From assembly GCA_963796965.1 (NCBI GenBank), contig CAWCNS010000005.1, positions 32,001-96,000 on the forward strand: a DNA stretch of 64,000 nucleotides. Direction: 5' to 3'. Below the pieces are notes generated by a model. That model saw only the letters and a program-made list of their open reading frames with translations. It made no database searches and was not told the origin of the DNA. Positions 53,761-63,879 of this stretch are shown here, in pieces (the stretch's first letter is position 1; each line of letters begins with the position of its first letter). Made by a program: the position numbers and the translations under genes. Origin of the DNA: Calditrichia bacterium. Lineage in GTDB: Bacteria > Calditrichota > Calditrichia > JAJRVZ01.

Positions 53761-54663
53761 ATGCAAATGAATAAAGGTTACCTGGCTGCTTTTACGGCTT
53801 ATATTGTCTGGGGGCTGTCACCGATCTACTGGAAAATTGTTTCCACTGTGCCGGCTCTGGAAATCCTGGGTTTACGCATATTTTGGTCAATACCGTTACT
53901 GCTGATAGTGCTTTGGATACGACGTGATTTCTCCGCTTACAAGTTAGTTCTGGGTGCGCCGGGCAGATATAAAGTGTTTCTGCTTAGTCCGTTCCTGTTA
54001 GCGACAAACTGGCTGATCTGGATCTGGTCGGTCAATAATAACCATGTGGTAGATGCCAGTTTGGGATATTTTATCAATCCACTGATCAATGTGGCCCTGG
54101 GCGTGGTCTTTTTGCATGAACGGCTGCGGCGGGTACAATGGCTGGCGCTGGGATTGGCATTGATTGGCGTTCTTTATCTGACCCTCAATTACGGGCAGTT
54201 CCCCTGGATTGCTCTGACCCTGGCCGGATCATTTAGTTTATATGGCTATTTGCGAAAAACCGCCCGGCTTGGTGCGATCGATGGCCTTGCAATCGAAGTA
54301 TTGATGATGATCATTCCGTTGCTGGCTTTAATAGGGTATCTGTATAATGCTGGCAACCTGACCGTTCCTCGTCTCGATCTTCAAATGCATGGTTGGTTGT
54401 CACTTTCCGGCGTTATTACTGTGTTCACGTTGGTGGTATTTGCCTATGGTGCGCGTAAAATCCCCTACAGCACGTTAGGTTTTATTCAGTATATCGCACC
54501 GACGATGCAGTTTCTCCTTGGAATTTATCTTTTTAATGAAGTATTCAGCATTGAGAAATTGATCGGGTTCGTTTTTATCTGGGTGGCCTTGATCATCTAT
54601 TCTTTAGAGAATCTGTATTTTATAAACCGAAAGAGGGTTTTGGTTGCATCCCCGGTTAAATAA
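53761..54663 (+). CDS. rarD: EamA-family transporter RarD
   Basis: WGLSPIYWK, ASLGYFINPLINV and LGFIQYIAPTMQF. Confidence 0.93.
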   Translation: MQMNKGYLAAFTAYIVWGLSPIYWKIVSTVPALEILGLRIFWSIPLLLIVLWIRRDFSAYKLVLGAPGRYKVFLLSPFLLATNWLIWIWSVNNNHVVDASLGYFINPLINVALGVVFLHERLRRVQWLALGLALIGVLYLTLNYGQFPWIALTLAGSFSLYGYLRKTARLGAIDGLAIEVLMMIIPLLALIGYLYNAGNLTVPRLDLQMHGWLSLSGVITVFTLVVFAYGARKIPYSTLGFIQYIAPTMQFLLGIYLFNEVFSIEKLIGFVFIWVALIIYSLENLYFINRKRVLVASPVK

Positions 54664-54835
54664 GGTAATGTCATCCCGATGAAATCAAGATATAAAAAAT
54701 AGGATTAAAAGCTGGAACCATCCCGTGTCAGCTTGGCTCCGCCAGTCTTTACGGGACAGGCAGAATCCTCAGAGAAATACTCTTACGATTATTATTTGCT
54801 AATAAATTTAATCAAATTGTTATAATCTATTTGAA

Positions 54836-54950
54836 AACCACGGAATCACACGGAAAAATTCACGGAATTAATTTCTGATTAATTTAAACTATACAAATAG
54901 TAATGGATTTTTCTTATAATTCCGTGTCCTTCTGTGTTATTCCGTGGTTA
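54836..54950. repeat. Inverted repeat pair AACCACGGAA...TTCCGTGGTT with internal CACGGAA repeats
   Basis: AACCACGGAATCACACGGAA...CACGGAA on the left, TTCCGTGTCCTTCTGTGTTATTCCGTGGTT on the right. Confidence 0.6.
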
Positions 54951-55046
54951 AACAATTTTTTTTAAAACCCCGTATTGTTATTACCTGAGAAAATGACGAT
55001 AACCAATCTGCTTACTACTCGTCCATGGAAATGCTGATACGTATCT

Positions 55047-56412
55047 TTAATACAATGAGAAATTTTTCTCGGTACCGAGGGGTATACCGGCTATTCTCCG
55101 GCCATTCTCGTTCTTAAATATATAGATCTCACTGGCGGGAACGGAATGAAAAAGCAAATCCGGCACACCGTTGCCAGTAAAGTCACCTTTATAGGACTGG
55201 ATATTATTTTTTGTCGCCGGTATGTCAAATACTCCCGTTTTCCTGCCTGTACAATCGATTAATGCCCGTGTTTGTGAGATTTGGACAAGATCATTTCCTG
55301 TGCCATCCCAATCAATCGTGAGGTGCCGTCGGCTTCTATCGGCCATAATCTGACCCAGCCATTCTCCATCCTCACTCAGAACCCAGGTCGGACTTTCGCC
55401 CCATGGGCGGTGATCGATATCCACAACAACCTGTTGACCCGTCACATCGGGGCATACCATGCCCACATGAATTGACTCAAAATGGTGCCCCGTTTTTGAC
55501 CAGATCACTTTCCCATTTCCATCCAGCATAGCAACACAATAATCACCGCAGCAGGTGATGACGATCCGTGTATCTTCCGCTGTCTTACCCTGGTGGAAAA
55601 CCCGGGCACAGTCCAAATGACCTTTACCCAGTGAAAGTGGCTGATCACGGAGATCCCAACGGACGGTTCCATCCGGATTTAGCAAGGCATATCCGGCCAT
55701 GATCTCATCCTTTCCATCGCCATCGATATCGATGGGAACCGGCTGGTGCGCTGTTCTGTAACCGGCAGGCCTTTCAATTGTCCACAAAAGATCTCCTCTA
55801 TAACTATAAGCCCAAATCTGTTCATAACGTGTTTTAACCAGGATATCCGCTGCCTGTTTATTTCCTGACAGGTTTGCGAAAACAACGCAGTCAGATGCGT
55901 GCTTCGGAATTGGAAAACGGTGTTTCTCTTTCCCACTCGCTCCTTCAAGGATAACGACGGCACCTTTGGTCGCAACGATCACCTCATTATTTCCATCTCC
56001 GTCCCAGTCATGGATTTGGCAGGCCACATCGTGATGAAGGATATTACGCCCGATTTGTGGATTGCCCCAGCGCCAAAGCACCTTCCCATCAAGACGGTGG
56101 ACAACAACGGAACAGGTGTAATGATTGTCATTCTCATCAACATTGCGTGCACTAACGATTTCCGGTTGGCCGTCACCATTAACATCACCGGCAATTATCC
56201 AGGAACCGGCATAATCAGGATCGAGGCTGATCTGTTTCCAGGGTTTTATGAGAGGGCAATTTGTATCGGATAGATCATTCGCCCGCACATCAAATAATCG
56301 AGGTTTTTCATTTATTCCTGCGGCAATGTTCAGACCGGGGAGTGAAAAGAGCTGCCAATCCCAGGCCAGTTGTTTTTAGAAATTCACGACGATTAGGGTA
56401 CTGTAAACCCAT
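55047..56412 (-). CDS. FG-GAP/beta-propeller protein, rhamnogalacturonan lyase (PL11)-like, with Tat signal (frameshift near 56335)
   Basis: Repeats GDVNGDGQPEI, DWDGDGNNEV and DIDGDGKDEI; GHLDC. An upstream frame reads MGFTVPNRREFLKTTG. Confidence 0.65.
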
Positions 56413-56833
56413 TTTTAATTCTCCTGTATATGCGCCAGGTAATGTCATCCTAATATTTCCAGACAATTAGAATTACCCTGGTTTGTTCAATGATGCTAAT
56501 CTTCTTAAATACTGAGTCTTTTATTACAAGACAAAGGAATCATAAAATTACAAATTACGAGAAAAACCCTGTAAACTGTTGCATGTATTGACTTTGCGTT
56601 CTCTGCGAACTCAGCGTTTATTAACAATTCTTTATTCTATCTCTTAATAAATACATCCTAGAAGCTAATATGATTTTAAATCAATATAAAAAATATCCGG
56701 CAAATAATCCGAACTTTTCCTGCGAAAATTTGCACAAGTCCTAGACGTTGAATTTAATATTTGACGAACGCATTTCTTTTACATTCCCTTTCTGAAAAAT
56801 ATATTAAAATAGCAATCTATTAAATAACAGATA

Positions 56834-56980
56834 ATCCCTAATTATTATCTTGAATCGTGTCATAAAGAACTTCCAGAATTTCAGAATATTAAACTACTCA
56901 CAGTGCGTGGAAGTTTAAAATATCGATTGTGGGATGAAGAAAACAACAGGCTGGTAGGATATAATTATTTAAGAGGTTGA
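56834..56980 (+). pseudogene. 3' remnant of a second fatty acid desaturase
   Basis: IPNYYLESCHKELPEFQNIK...YRLWDEENNRLVGYNYLRG* closely matches the C-terminus at 51682-51843. Confidence 0.85.
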
Positions 56981-57032
56981 TCAGAATTCTCTTTTGCGGT
57001 CTTAATTTTCTCCTGAAGGATACTAATCAAGT

Positions 57033-57068
57033 AAAAAAAAAGACCCCGGTCTATTCAACCGAGGTCTT
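57033..57068 (-). terminator. Intrinsic terminator of the cold-shock gene
   Basis: AAGACCCCGGT...ACCGAGGTCTT stem with a U-tract on the minus strand. Confidence 0.8.
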
Positions 57069-57087
57069 AAATGGTTTTTAGAAATTA

Positions 57088-57288
57088 CTATATTCCTTTG
57101 ACATTTGTTGCTTGAAGACCCTTAGAACCTTCTTCAACACCAAATGATACTTTGTCACCTTCCTCGAGCGATTTGTATCCATCACCTTCGATTGAACGGT
57201 AATGAACAAATACATCTTCACCTTCATCTCGAGAGATAAATCCATATCCCTTTGAGCTGTTAAACCATTTGACAATTCCTGTTTCCAT
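57088..57288 (-). CDS. cspA: Cold-shock protein (CspA family)
   Basis: [15 protein letters not shown] and DVFVHY; 66 aa. Confidence 0.95.
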   Translation of the reverse strand: METGIVKWFNSSKGYGFISRDEGEDVFVHYRSIEGDGYKSLEEGDKVSFGVEEGSKGLQATNVKGI

Positions 57289-57482
57289 TGTAAAACCTCA
57301 CTTATTAAAATAACACTTGTGTACTACATATCTTTCAGACGATTCCAAACAAAAAAAAATCGCTTCAAACAGTCAAAAGTACTGTTTTCCACGAGTTCTT
57401 TACGGTTATAACAGCGTTTATTCAAAAGCATTACTACCAGTACAGAAAGGCAGAAAAAACATCGTACAATAATTGAATCATA

Positions 57483-57511
57483 ACCTTACTACATATAATT
57501 GCCAAAAGCAA
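57483..57511 (-). promoter_or_regulatory. Putative sigma70 promoter of the csp gene, giving a 5' UTR of about 190 nt
   Basis: TTGCTT-N17-TAAGGT on the minus strand. Long UTRs are typical of csp mRNAs. Confidence 0.45.
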
Positions 57512-57982
57512 GTATTATTTATTATTTGTTACTAATGGACAAAGAAACGATGTCTCTCGTTTAACCTTAGTGCACTTCTCCCATATAATTACGACTTACT
57601 GATTTAACCTTTATTGAATTACTCTCTCAAGTTTTTGTAAACTACAGATTTTGCCTGCGTTATACTTCCTGCTTAAAAGGTTTCAGGACAATCCTTATGA
57701 ACAATAAGATTAGGTTTGATAACTTAATACATCTATTTTGACTCAATAGGGTGGATATATAAATTAATGAAAATCGTCCGAATAGAATCTTAAATATATT
57801 CACTCCAGAATTAAATTTGTATACAATTTATACTTTTTTTTGCCTCTTCAGTCAAATTGTTATATTTTTTCATTATAATCTAATTATTTCTAAAGCATAT
57901 TAAGTTCCTAAGAGAATATTTTCTTCCGGCTCCGAAGAATTCTTGGTATATGTAAAAGCGCATTTAATTAAGGTGATCTTGT

Positions 57983-58640
57983 ATGAATAATTCTATTCGT
58001 CTGTTTATTGCCGATGACAATCATCTGCTCCGCGAAGGGTTGGCCTTCATGTTAGCGGAAATTGATGATATCACTGTTGTAGGTATGGCCACCAGCGGTA
58101 AGCAGGCTCTGGATCAGATTAAACAGCTTCTCCCCGATATAGCTCTTATTGACATTGGAATGTCCGACAAAAATGGTCTCGATGTGACCCAGGAATTACA
58201 CAAAGATTTACCCACCGTGAGAGTCATTATTCTAGGTATGCCTGATTTAACCGATGAGATCATGTCTTGTATTGAAGCCGGGGCCGCCGGATATGTGCTA
58301 AAAGAAGCATCGTTTGAATACCTTCTCGAATCTATACGGTCAGTGCATCGTGGGGAGTCATTCTGCTCGCCCCGCATGGCTGCTTCCTTGTTCTCCCGTG
58401 TGGCCGAGTTAGCAGGCGAACGCATACCGGAAAGTTCTGTAAAACTAACGCCGCGCGAGGTAGAAGTAATTAACAAAATTGCTGACGGATTGTCCAACAA
58501 GGAAATTGCAGGACAATTATTTATTGAAGAACAAACCGTCAAAAATCACATCCATAATATCCTCGATAAACTACAGACTTCAAAACCGCCTCGAAGCGGT
58601 CCAATATGCACGGGAAAGAAAATTGCTGAACAATAAATGA
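57983..58640 (+). CDS. NarL/FixJ-family response regulator (frameshift near 58577)
   Basis: IADDNHLLREG, LTPREVEV, GLSNKEIA and TVKNHIHNILDKL. The shifted frame reads LQNRLEAVQYA. Confidence 0.92.
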
Positions 58641-58829
58641 ATCCTACCCAGGGAGTAATAAAGTACTAGTACTATTAGGCCCAAAATCCCAAAAAGATCT
58701 ACTGAAAAATTAGTCCCTCTCTAAACCTCTTTTAGACCTTTGTGTCCATAGCAATCTATTTAGCATTGTTTATATTGTTTTGTAAACCCCAAAGAAGGCA
58801 AAATTGATTGATAGTAACTTCCAATACAA

Positions 58830-59144
58830 TTGAAAGAACTGATGGTAAGCCATATAGACAAAAAATCATATTTAGATAGAAGGACGGAGCAACTCAGGCA
58901 ATGGGAGCCGATATTAGGAAAATTGATCTTAAGGGCAGAAAAGGCTCCAAATAAAAGCGAAACAGAGCTTCACCATCATATAATAAAAATACAGGTAAAA
59001 AAGGCAAGGATTGAGGCTAAACTGAAAGCGCTCCGGAAAGCTGGGAAAGGTGAGTGGGATGATCTCAAAATTGGTTTTGAGAATAGTTGGAAAGACCTGC
59101 GCCAGGCGTTTTTAAAATCTTCGGCTGATCATAATAAGGATTAA
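58830..59144 (+). CDS. Small coiled-coil stress-type protein
   Basis: KLKALRKAGKGEWDDLKIGFENSWKDLRQAF helical pattern. Confidence 0.6.
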   Translation: MKELMVSHIDKKSYLDRRTEQLRQWEPILGKLILRAEKAPNKSETELHHHIIKIQVKKARIEAKLKALRKAGKGEWDDLKIGFENSWKDLRQAFLKSSADHNKD

Positions 59145-59289
59145 AGTGGAAATTTTGGGAAAAGAGGGAAATCTATTAAGGTGACCTGTTCTCATTCGAG
59201 TCTTCAACTATAGAAGGGGCCATAATAGATGTATTTTTATGCTAATCTGTTTCTTTTGTGCATAATTACCTCTGAAAGAACACTATAAT

Positions 59290-59667
59290 ATGCGAAAAAT
59301 TAAAGTTATGTTAGCGAGCAGGCCAAAGTTACTGTCAGAAGTAATTCGAAATTTTATTAATCATCAACCGGATATGACGGTTGTCGGCGAAGTTTTTGAC
59401 CCACTTCAACTCTTGCTTGCTTTTGAACAAACACCGGTGGATGTGGTTATCATTACACCTTTAAATGCAAACGGGGAACCCAAAATATGTCATCGGTTGT
59501 TAGCAGAACATCCCCAGTTAAAAATTGTGACACAGTCAGCAAAAGGTGAAGCCGCCTATTTGTACCAATCAGGTGAGCAAAAGAAACGAATCGACAAGCC
59601 GTCCGGTAAGTCCATTCTGGTCGCTATCCGCCAGGCGTTGAAGCTGGTGGGTAGTTTATTATTGTGA
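59290..59667 (+). CDS. Stand-alone atypical receiver-like domain protein
   Basis: QPDMTVVGEV...PVDVVII resembles a NarL-type REC domain, but the acidic pocket appears degenerate. Confidence 0.6.
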   Translation: MRKIKVMLASRPKLLSEVIRNFINHQPDMTVVGEVFDPLQLLLAFEQTPVDVVIITPLNANGEPKICHRLLAEHPQLKIVTQSAKGEAAYLYQSGEQKKRIDKPSGKSILVAIRQALKLVGSLLL

Positions 59668-59724
59668 TAATATACTTTTATATTAAGTAATGGTGTGTTT
59701 AGTTGAATAGTGAGGAGTTATACA

Positions 59725-59973
59725 ATGAGTCTTTTATTATGGTTCCTGTTGATAGGATTGGGTGTGGGATTGTTAGTATGGCAGTTCGTAAAGGGAGGAA
59801 AATATGGCCTTCTCGGTGATATTGTGGTCGGTGTGATAGGAGCGGTGGTAGGGGGCATTCTGTACCGCGCGATAGGCATCCCGACCAGTGACGATTTGCT
59901 TAATAATTTGATCGCCGCGATCATTGGTGCTCTTGGTTTGTTGCTTCTATTGCGTCAATTCATGCGAGCGTAG
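59725..59973 (+). CDS. GlsB/YeaQ/YmgE stress-response membrane protein
   Basis: GLLGDIVVGVIGAVVGG and LIAAIIGA. Confidence 0.88.
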   Translation: MSLLLWFLLIGLGVGLLVWQFVKGGKYGLLGDIVVGVIGAVVGGILYRAIGIPTSDDLLNNLIAAIIGALGLLLLLRQFMRA

Positions 59974-60081
59974 TTGCCGGCCTATTAATGAGTAAGAATT
60001 GTTACATCCAGCAATAGGGTTAAGCCAATAATAATTTTTTTTAAATAATTATTTCATTGTCAATAAGAAGGGGAGCATATT

Positions 60082-60210
60082 ATGGGCGATAAAGGCAAGA
60101 AGGACCAGAATAAGAAAGATAAGCAAAAATCAAAAAAACAGGCCGACATAGCGAAGAAGAAAAAAAATAAACAGGAAAGAGATTCTGCCGAGGGACCGTT
60201 TGGAAAATAG
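60082..60210 (+). CDS. 42-aa lysine-rich small protein (not in the ORF track)
   Basis: RBS GAAGGGGAG, then MGDKGKKDQNKKDKQKSKKQADIAKKKKNKQERDSAEGPFGK*. Confidence 0.65.
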   Translation: MGDKGKKDQNKKDKQKSKKQADIAKKKKNKQERDSAEGPFGK

Positions 60211-60410
60211 AGCACAGAAAATCCCGCTACTGGGGAATATTGGCTGTAGCATGGGTACACCTTACCGTTTTACTAAAAGATAACCCTCAATTAGATCACA
60301 GAATGTGATTTGTAAAAAGTTCTCGTCTGTCAAAACTGATGGATTCATCATTAGTGATGGAGGGAAGTTCTTTCTCAAATGTGTAATCAAAGTTCAAGAG
60401 GAAAGTCGTC

Positions 60411-61844
60411 ATGGGTAATATTCTTTTTATCGAACCAAGATCACCTAACATTCATATCTTCTCACAATTTACACTGCCGAGGCTTGGCGCTTTTATCCTG
60501 GGTGCAATTGTTAAAGAAAAAGGGTGGGAAGCTAAAATTATTATCGAACAGTCTGAAAAGATTGATTTTGAGAAAATTAAAAGTTACGATATGGTCGGCT
60601 TATCAACCATCACAGCCACAGCTCCCCGGGCATATGCGATTGCAGACAGGATACGGTCTTTAAGTATCCCGGTTATTATTGGAGGACCACACGTTACGTT
60701 TCTCCCGGATGAGGCTCTGGAACACGCTGATTATGTGATTCGCGGAGAGGCTGAGGAGGCGCTTATCAGTTTCCTTGATATATGGGAGAATGGCAGGAAT
60801 TTCTCCACAGTGCCGAACCTGTCCTATTCCGTTGGCGGTAAAACTTTCCACAATCCGATAAAACCCCTTTTAAGATCATTAGATACAAATCCATATCCGG
60901 ACTTTAACATGTCCCAATATGTTAAAATAAAGATAGATGGCAGAACTACCATCCCTGTCCAGACATCCAGAGGTTGTCCCTTTCATTGTTCATTCTGTTC
61001 GGTTACCGGAATGTTTGGGAAATCTTACCGCTTCCGTTCTACTGACAATGTCATAAAGGAACTGTACCGGTACGATCCGAAGATTAATTCCATATTCTTT
61101 TATGACGACAATTTTACAGCAAACCGAAAACGGGCCAAAAATTTATTACATCGAATGATTGCTGAGAAATTAGGATTTGTTTGGTCTACGCAGGTGCGAG
61201 CTGATATCACCAAAGATATTGAACTTGTCAGACTAATGAAAAAGGCGGGGTGCCACACGGTGTATGTGGGTATGGAGTCAATCAATCCGAATAGTCTTAA
61301 ATCCATGAAGAAACAACAAACGGTTGAAGAAATGACTCAAGCAATGAAAATATTCCGTCAGGAAAGCATCAATGTCCACGGTATGTTTGTTTATGGATTC
61401 GACGATGATGACTGGCAGACTGTAAAAGAAACAATCCGGTTTGCCAAGAAGGCAAAGTTTTCTTCAACACAATTCATGATCTTGACACCACTTCCCGGAT
61501 CCGAATTTTTCAACAAGGTTAGGCGCGAAAATCGCATTCAGTTCCATGATTGGGGGCTTTACGATGCACATCATGCTGTGTTCAAGCCCAAACGACTTTC
61601 ACTTTTTGAACTCCAGCGGGCCCAAATCTTCAGTCATTCAAAGTTCTATTCGGTCTTTGAACTGATCAGCAGGGCAATGTCGTTTGCCTGGGTTGAATTC
61701 GCTATAGCCATTTATGCACGTAAAATTAACCGGTTATGGCAGAAACAAAACAAGGCGTTCATGAGAATTGTGGAGCGACACCAATCAAATATAGATATGA
61801 AAATCCAAACCGATTATCGGGAATCTGTCATGTTAGAGGATTAG
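60411..61844 (+). CDS. B12-binding radical SAM enzyme
   Basis: IGGPHVT, IRGEAE, TSRGCPFHCSFC and FFYDDNF. Confidence 0.92.
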   Translation: MGNILFIEPRSPNIHIFSQFTLPRLGAFILGAIVKEKGWEAKIIIEQSEKIDFEKIKSYDMVGLSTITATAPRAYAIADRIRSLSIPVIIGGPHVTFLPDEALEHADYVIRGEAEEALISFLDIWENGRNFSTVPNLSYSVGGKTFHNPIKPLLRSLDTNPYPDFNMSQYVKIKIDGRTTIPVQTSRGCPFHCSFCSVTGMFGKSYRFRSTDNVIKELYRYDPKINSIFFYDDNFTANRKRAKNLLHRMIAEKLGFVWSTQVRADITKDIELVRLMKKAGCHTVYVGMESINPNSLKSMKKQQTVEEMTQAMKIFRQESINVHGMFVYGFDDDDWQTVKETIRFAKKAKFSSTQFMILTPLPGSEFFNKVRRENRIQFHDWGLYDAHHAVFKPKRLSLFELQRAQIFSHSKFYSVFELISRAMSFAWVEFAIAIYARKINRLWQKQNKAFMRIVERHQSNIDMKIQTDYRESVMLED

Positions 61845-61922
61845 AAAAACCCTGAATAGAAATGTTTTTCTAACACAGTACTTTAATTAAAAATCCCAAT
61901 TTAATATTCTTAGAGAAGAGAT

Positions 61923-63584
61923 ATGAAAAATTTAATTGAAAAGGGCACTAAATGTCTTATCGTTCAGACAAAATTCTCAGAATTTAGCTTCTGGAATTAT
62001 CTTGAGATATGCAAAATTGCTGGAGCAAAGTATCCGGCTGCACCGTTAGGATTGTTAACTGTGGCAGCGCTGTTACCACAACATTGGGAGTTTAAATTAG
62101 TTGATGAAAATGTCGAACCTTTTCAGGCTGAACATTTTGAATGGGCAGATATTGTTTGTATTGGCGGTATGTTGCCTCAGCAACAAGGTATGATATCACT
62201 CATAAATAAAGTGCATCAGTATGATTGTACCGTTGTTATCGGTGGGCCGGATCCGTCATCTCAACCACATTTGTATCAATCGGCTGATTTTCTTGTTCAG
62301 GGTGAGGGGGAGGTCACCATTCCTATGTTTATCCAGGATTTGGAAAAAGGTTGTAAAAGTGGTGAATATAAATCAGATGATAAGGCAGATATGACCAATG
62401 CGGTTATTCCCAGGTTCGATCTAATACGCTTTCAGGATTATATCCAGGTTGGGATACAGTATTCCCGGGGCTGTCCTTTTAATTGCGAATTTTGTGATGT
62501 GATTGAACTTTACGGCCGAATACCACGAACAAAAACTTCCAAACAAGTTATTACAGAACTCCAGACACTTTATGATCTTGGCTATAGAGGCCATGTTGAT
62601 TTTGTTGATGACAATTTTATTGGAAACAAAAAGAATGTTAAGGAAGTCTTGCCTGTTATCAAAGAATGGTCTGAAAAAAATAAATATCCTTATTATTTTT
62701 CGACAGAATCCTCAATAAATATGGCAGATGATGAAAACTTACTGCAAATGATGAAGGATGTGGATTTTAGATTTGTTTTTGTAGGGATTGAGACGGCGGA
62801 AGATGAAATATTAAAATTGACAAACAAAAAACAAAATATGAACCGATCTATTGTAGATGCTGTAAATAAGATCTATTCATATGGTATGATTGTTAATGGC
62901 GGTTTTATTATTGGTTTTGATAATGAAACAGACCAAACTGCCGATCGCATGATTCAATGTATCCAGAATTCAGGAATTTGTATTGCGATGGTTGGAAAAT
63001 TATTTGCTTTGCCGCAAACACAATTGACAAGACGCCTGCAAAGAGAAGAGAGGCTGTTTGAGAATGCTTCAACATTAACTGATGTACAGAACGATTTGGA
63101 TCAACTGACAAGTGGGTTGAACTTTATAACGTCAAGACCGAGGCTGGATGTTTTGAAAGATTATGTCAGGATTGTAGAAGATCTGTATAAGCCGGAGCGC
63201 TATTATGAAAGAATCCTTTATACAGGGCTAAATTTAAATCCTGCTAATAAGTTTCGTCCAAATTTTATGAAAATATTAAAGTCCGGACGGGCCTTTTTTA
63301 AAGTGTGTTTAAAAGCGGGATTTAACAAAACAACCGGATGGCTCTATTGGAAAACATGTATGCGGGTTATTGTTAAAAATCCAAGGGCCATAGAAGCAAC
63401 CATTAATCTGGCTGCCATGTTTATTCATTTTTATAAGCAGTCTAAATTTGTTGTTGATCTTACGAATAATGAGATAAGTCTTATTGAAAAAGGGCAGAAG
63501 GTAAAATCCAATGAGTTAATGTTTCCGGTAGATAGAAAATCAAAAACATACAAAACATCATTACCAGCAGCGGTAAACCAATAG
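61923..63584 (+). CDS. B12-binding radical SAM enzyme, DUF4070 type
   Basis: PLGLLTVAALLP, GGPDPS, SRGCPFNCEFC, VDDNFIGN and LTRRLQREERL. Confidence 0.92.
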   Translation: MKNLIEKGTKCLIVQTKFSEFSFWNYLEICKIAGAKYPAAPLGLLTVAALLPQHWEFKLVDENVEPFQAEHFEWADIVCIGGMLPQQQGMISLINKVHQYDCTVVIGGPDPSSQPHLYQSADFLVQGEGEVTIPMFIQDLEKGCKSGEYKSDDKADMTNAVIPRFDLIRFQDYIQVGIQYSRGCPFNCEFCDVIELYGRIPRTKTSKQVITELQTLYDLGYRGHVDFVDDNFIGNKKNVKEVLPVIKEWSEKNKYPYYFSTESSINMADDENLLQMMKDVDFRFVFVGIETAEDEILKLTNKKQNMNRSIVDAVNKIYSYGMIVNGGFIIGFDNETDQTADRMIQCIQNSGICIAMVGKLFALPQTQLTRRLQREERLFENASTLTDVQNDLDQLTSGLNFITSRPRLDVLKDYVRIVEDLYKPERYYERILYTGLNLNPANKFRPNFMKILKSGRAFFKVCLKAGFNKTTGWLYWKTCMRVIVKNPRAIEATINLAAMFIHFYKQSKFVVDLTNNEISLIEKGQKVKSNELMFPVDRKSKTYKTSLPAAVNQ

Positions 63585-63594
63585 TATATATGGA

Positions 63595-63828
63595 TTATTG
63601 CCATTTCTTCCCATGACAGTCATAGCAAGACACGCCGGATGTTCCCCCGTCTAAAATCTCACCATGACAAGAAACACAATTAAGTTCGGGATTGTTTAGC
63701 CCTGTCTTATGCCTGACACCATCTTTATTTACCGTATGATCTTCAGGCGCATTTTCTGATTCTGTGGAATGACTACAAGCGAGTAGTGCTATCGTGACAA
63801 GAAGTAGTAAGAAGATTTTAAATTTCAT
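63595..63828 (-). CDS. Small diheme c-type cytochrome lipoprotein
   Basis: Lipobox LLAC; heme motifs CVSCH and CYDCH. Confidence 0.78.
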   Translation of the reverse strand: MKFKIFLLLLVTIALLACSHSTESENAPEDHTVNKDGVRHKTGLNNPELNCVSCHGEILDGGTSGVSCYDCHGKKWQ

Positions 63829-63858
63829 TTTATATACCCCCATTTCTTCACTAGTAGT

Positions 63859-63879
63859 GTCATCCCGATAAATCGGGAT
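63859..63879. repeat. REP-like palindrome
   Basis: GTCATCCCGATAAATCGGGAT. Confidence 0.65.

Noticed and set aside
51682..56980. DGR template/variable repeat pair (desaturase 3' end and its copy)
   Set aside because: The differences are not adenine-specific, many are synonymous third-position changes, and there is no reverse transcriptase in the window.
61923..63584. Calling this gene hpnP (hopanoid C-2 methylase)
   Set aside because: It belongs to the same broad family, but there are no hopanoid genes nearby and orthology cannot be shown without a phylogeny.
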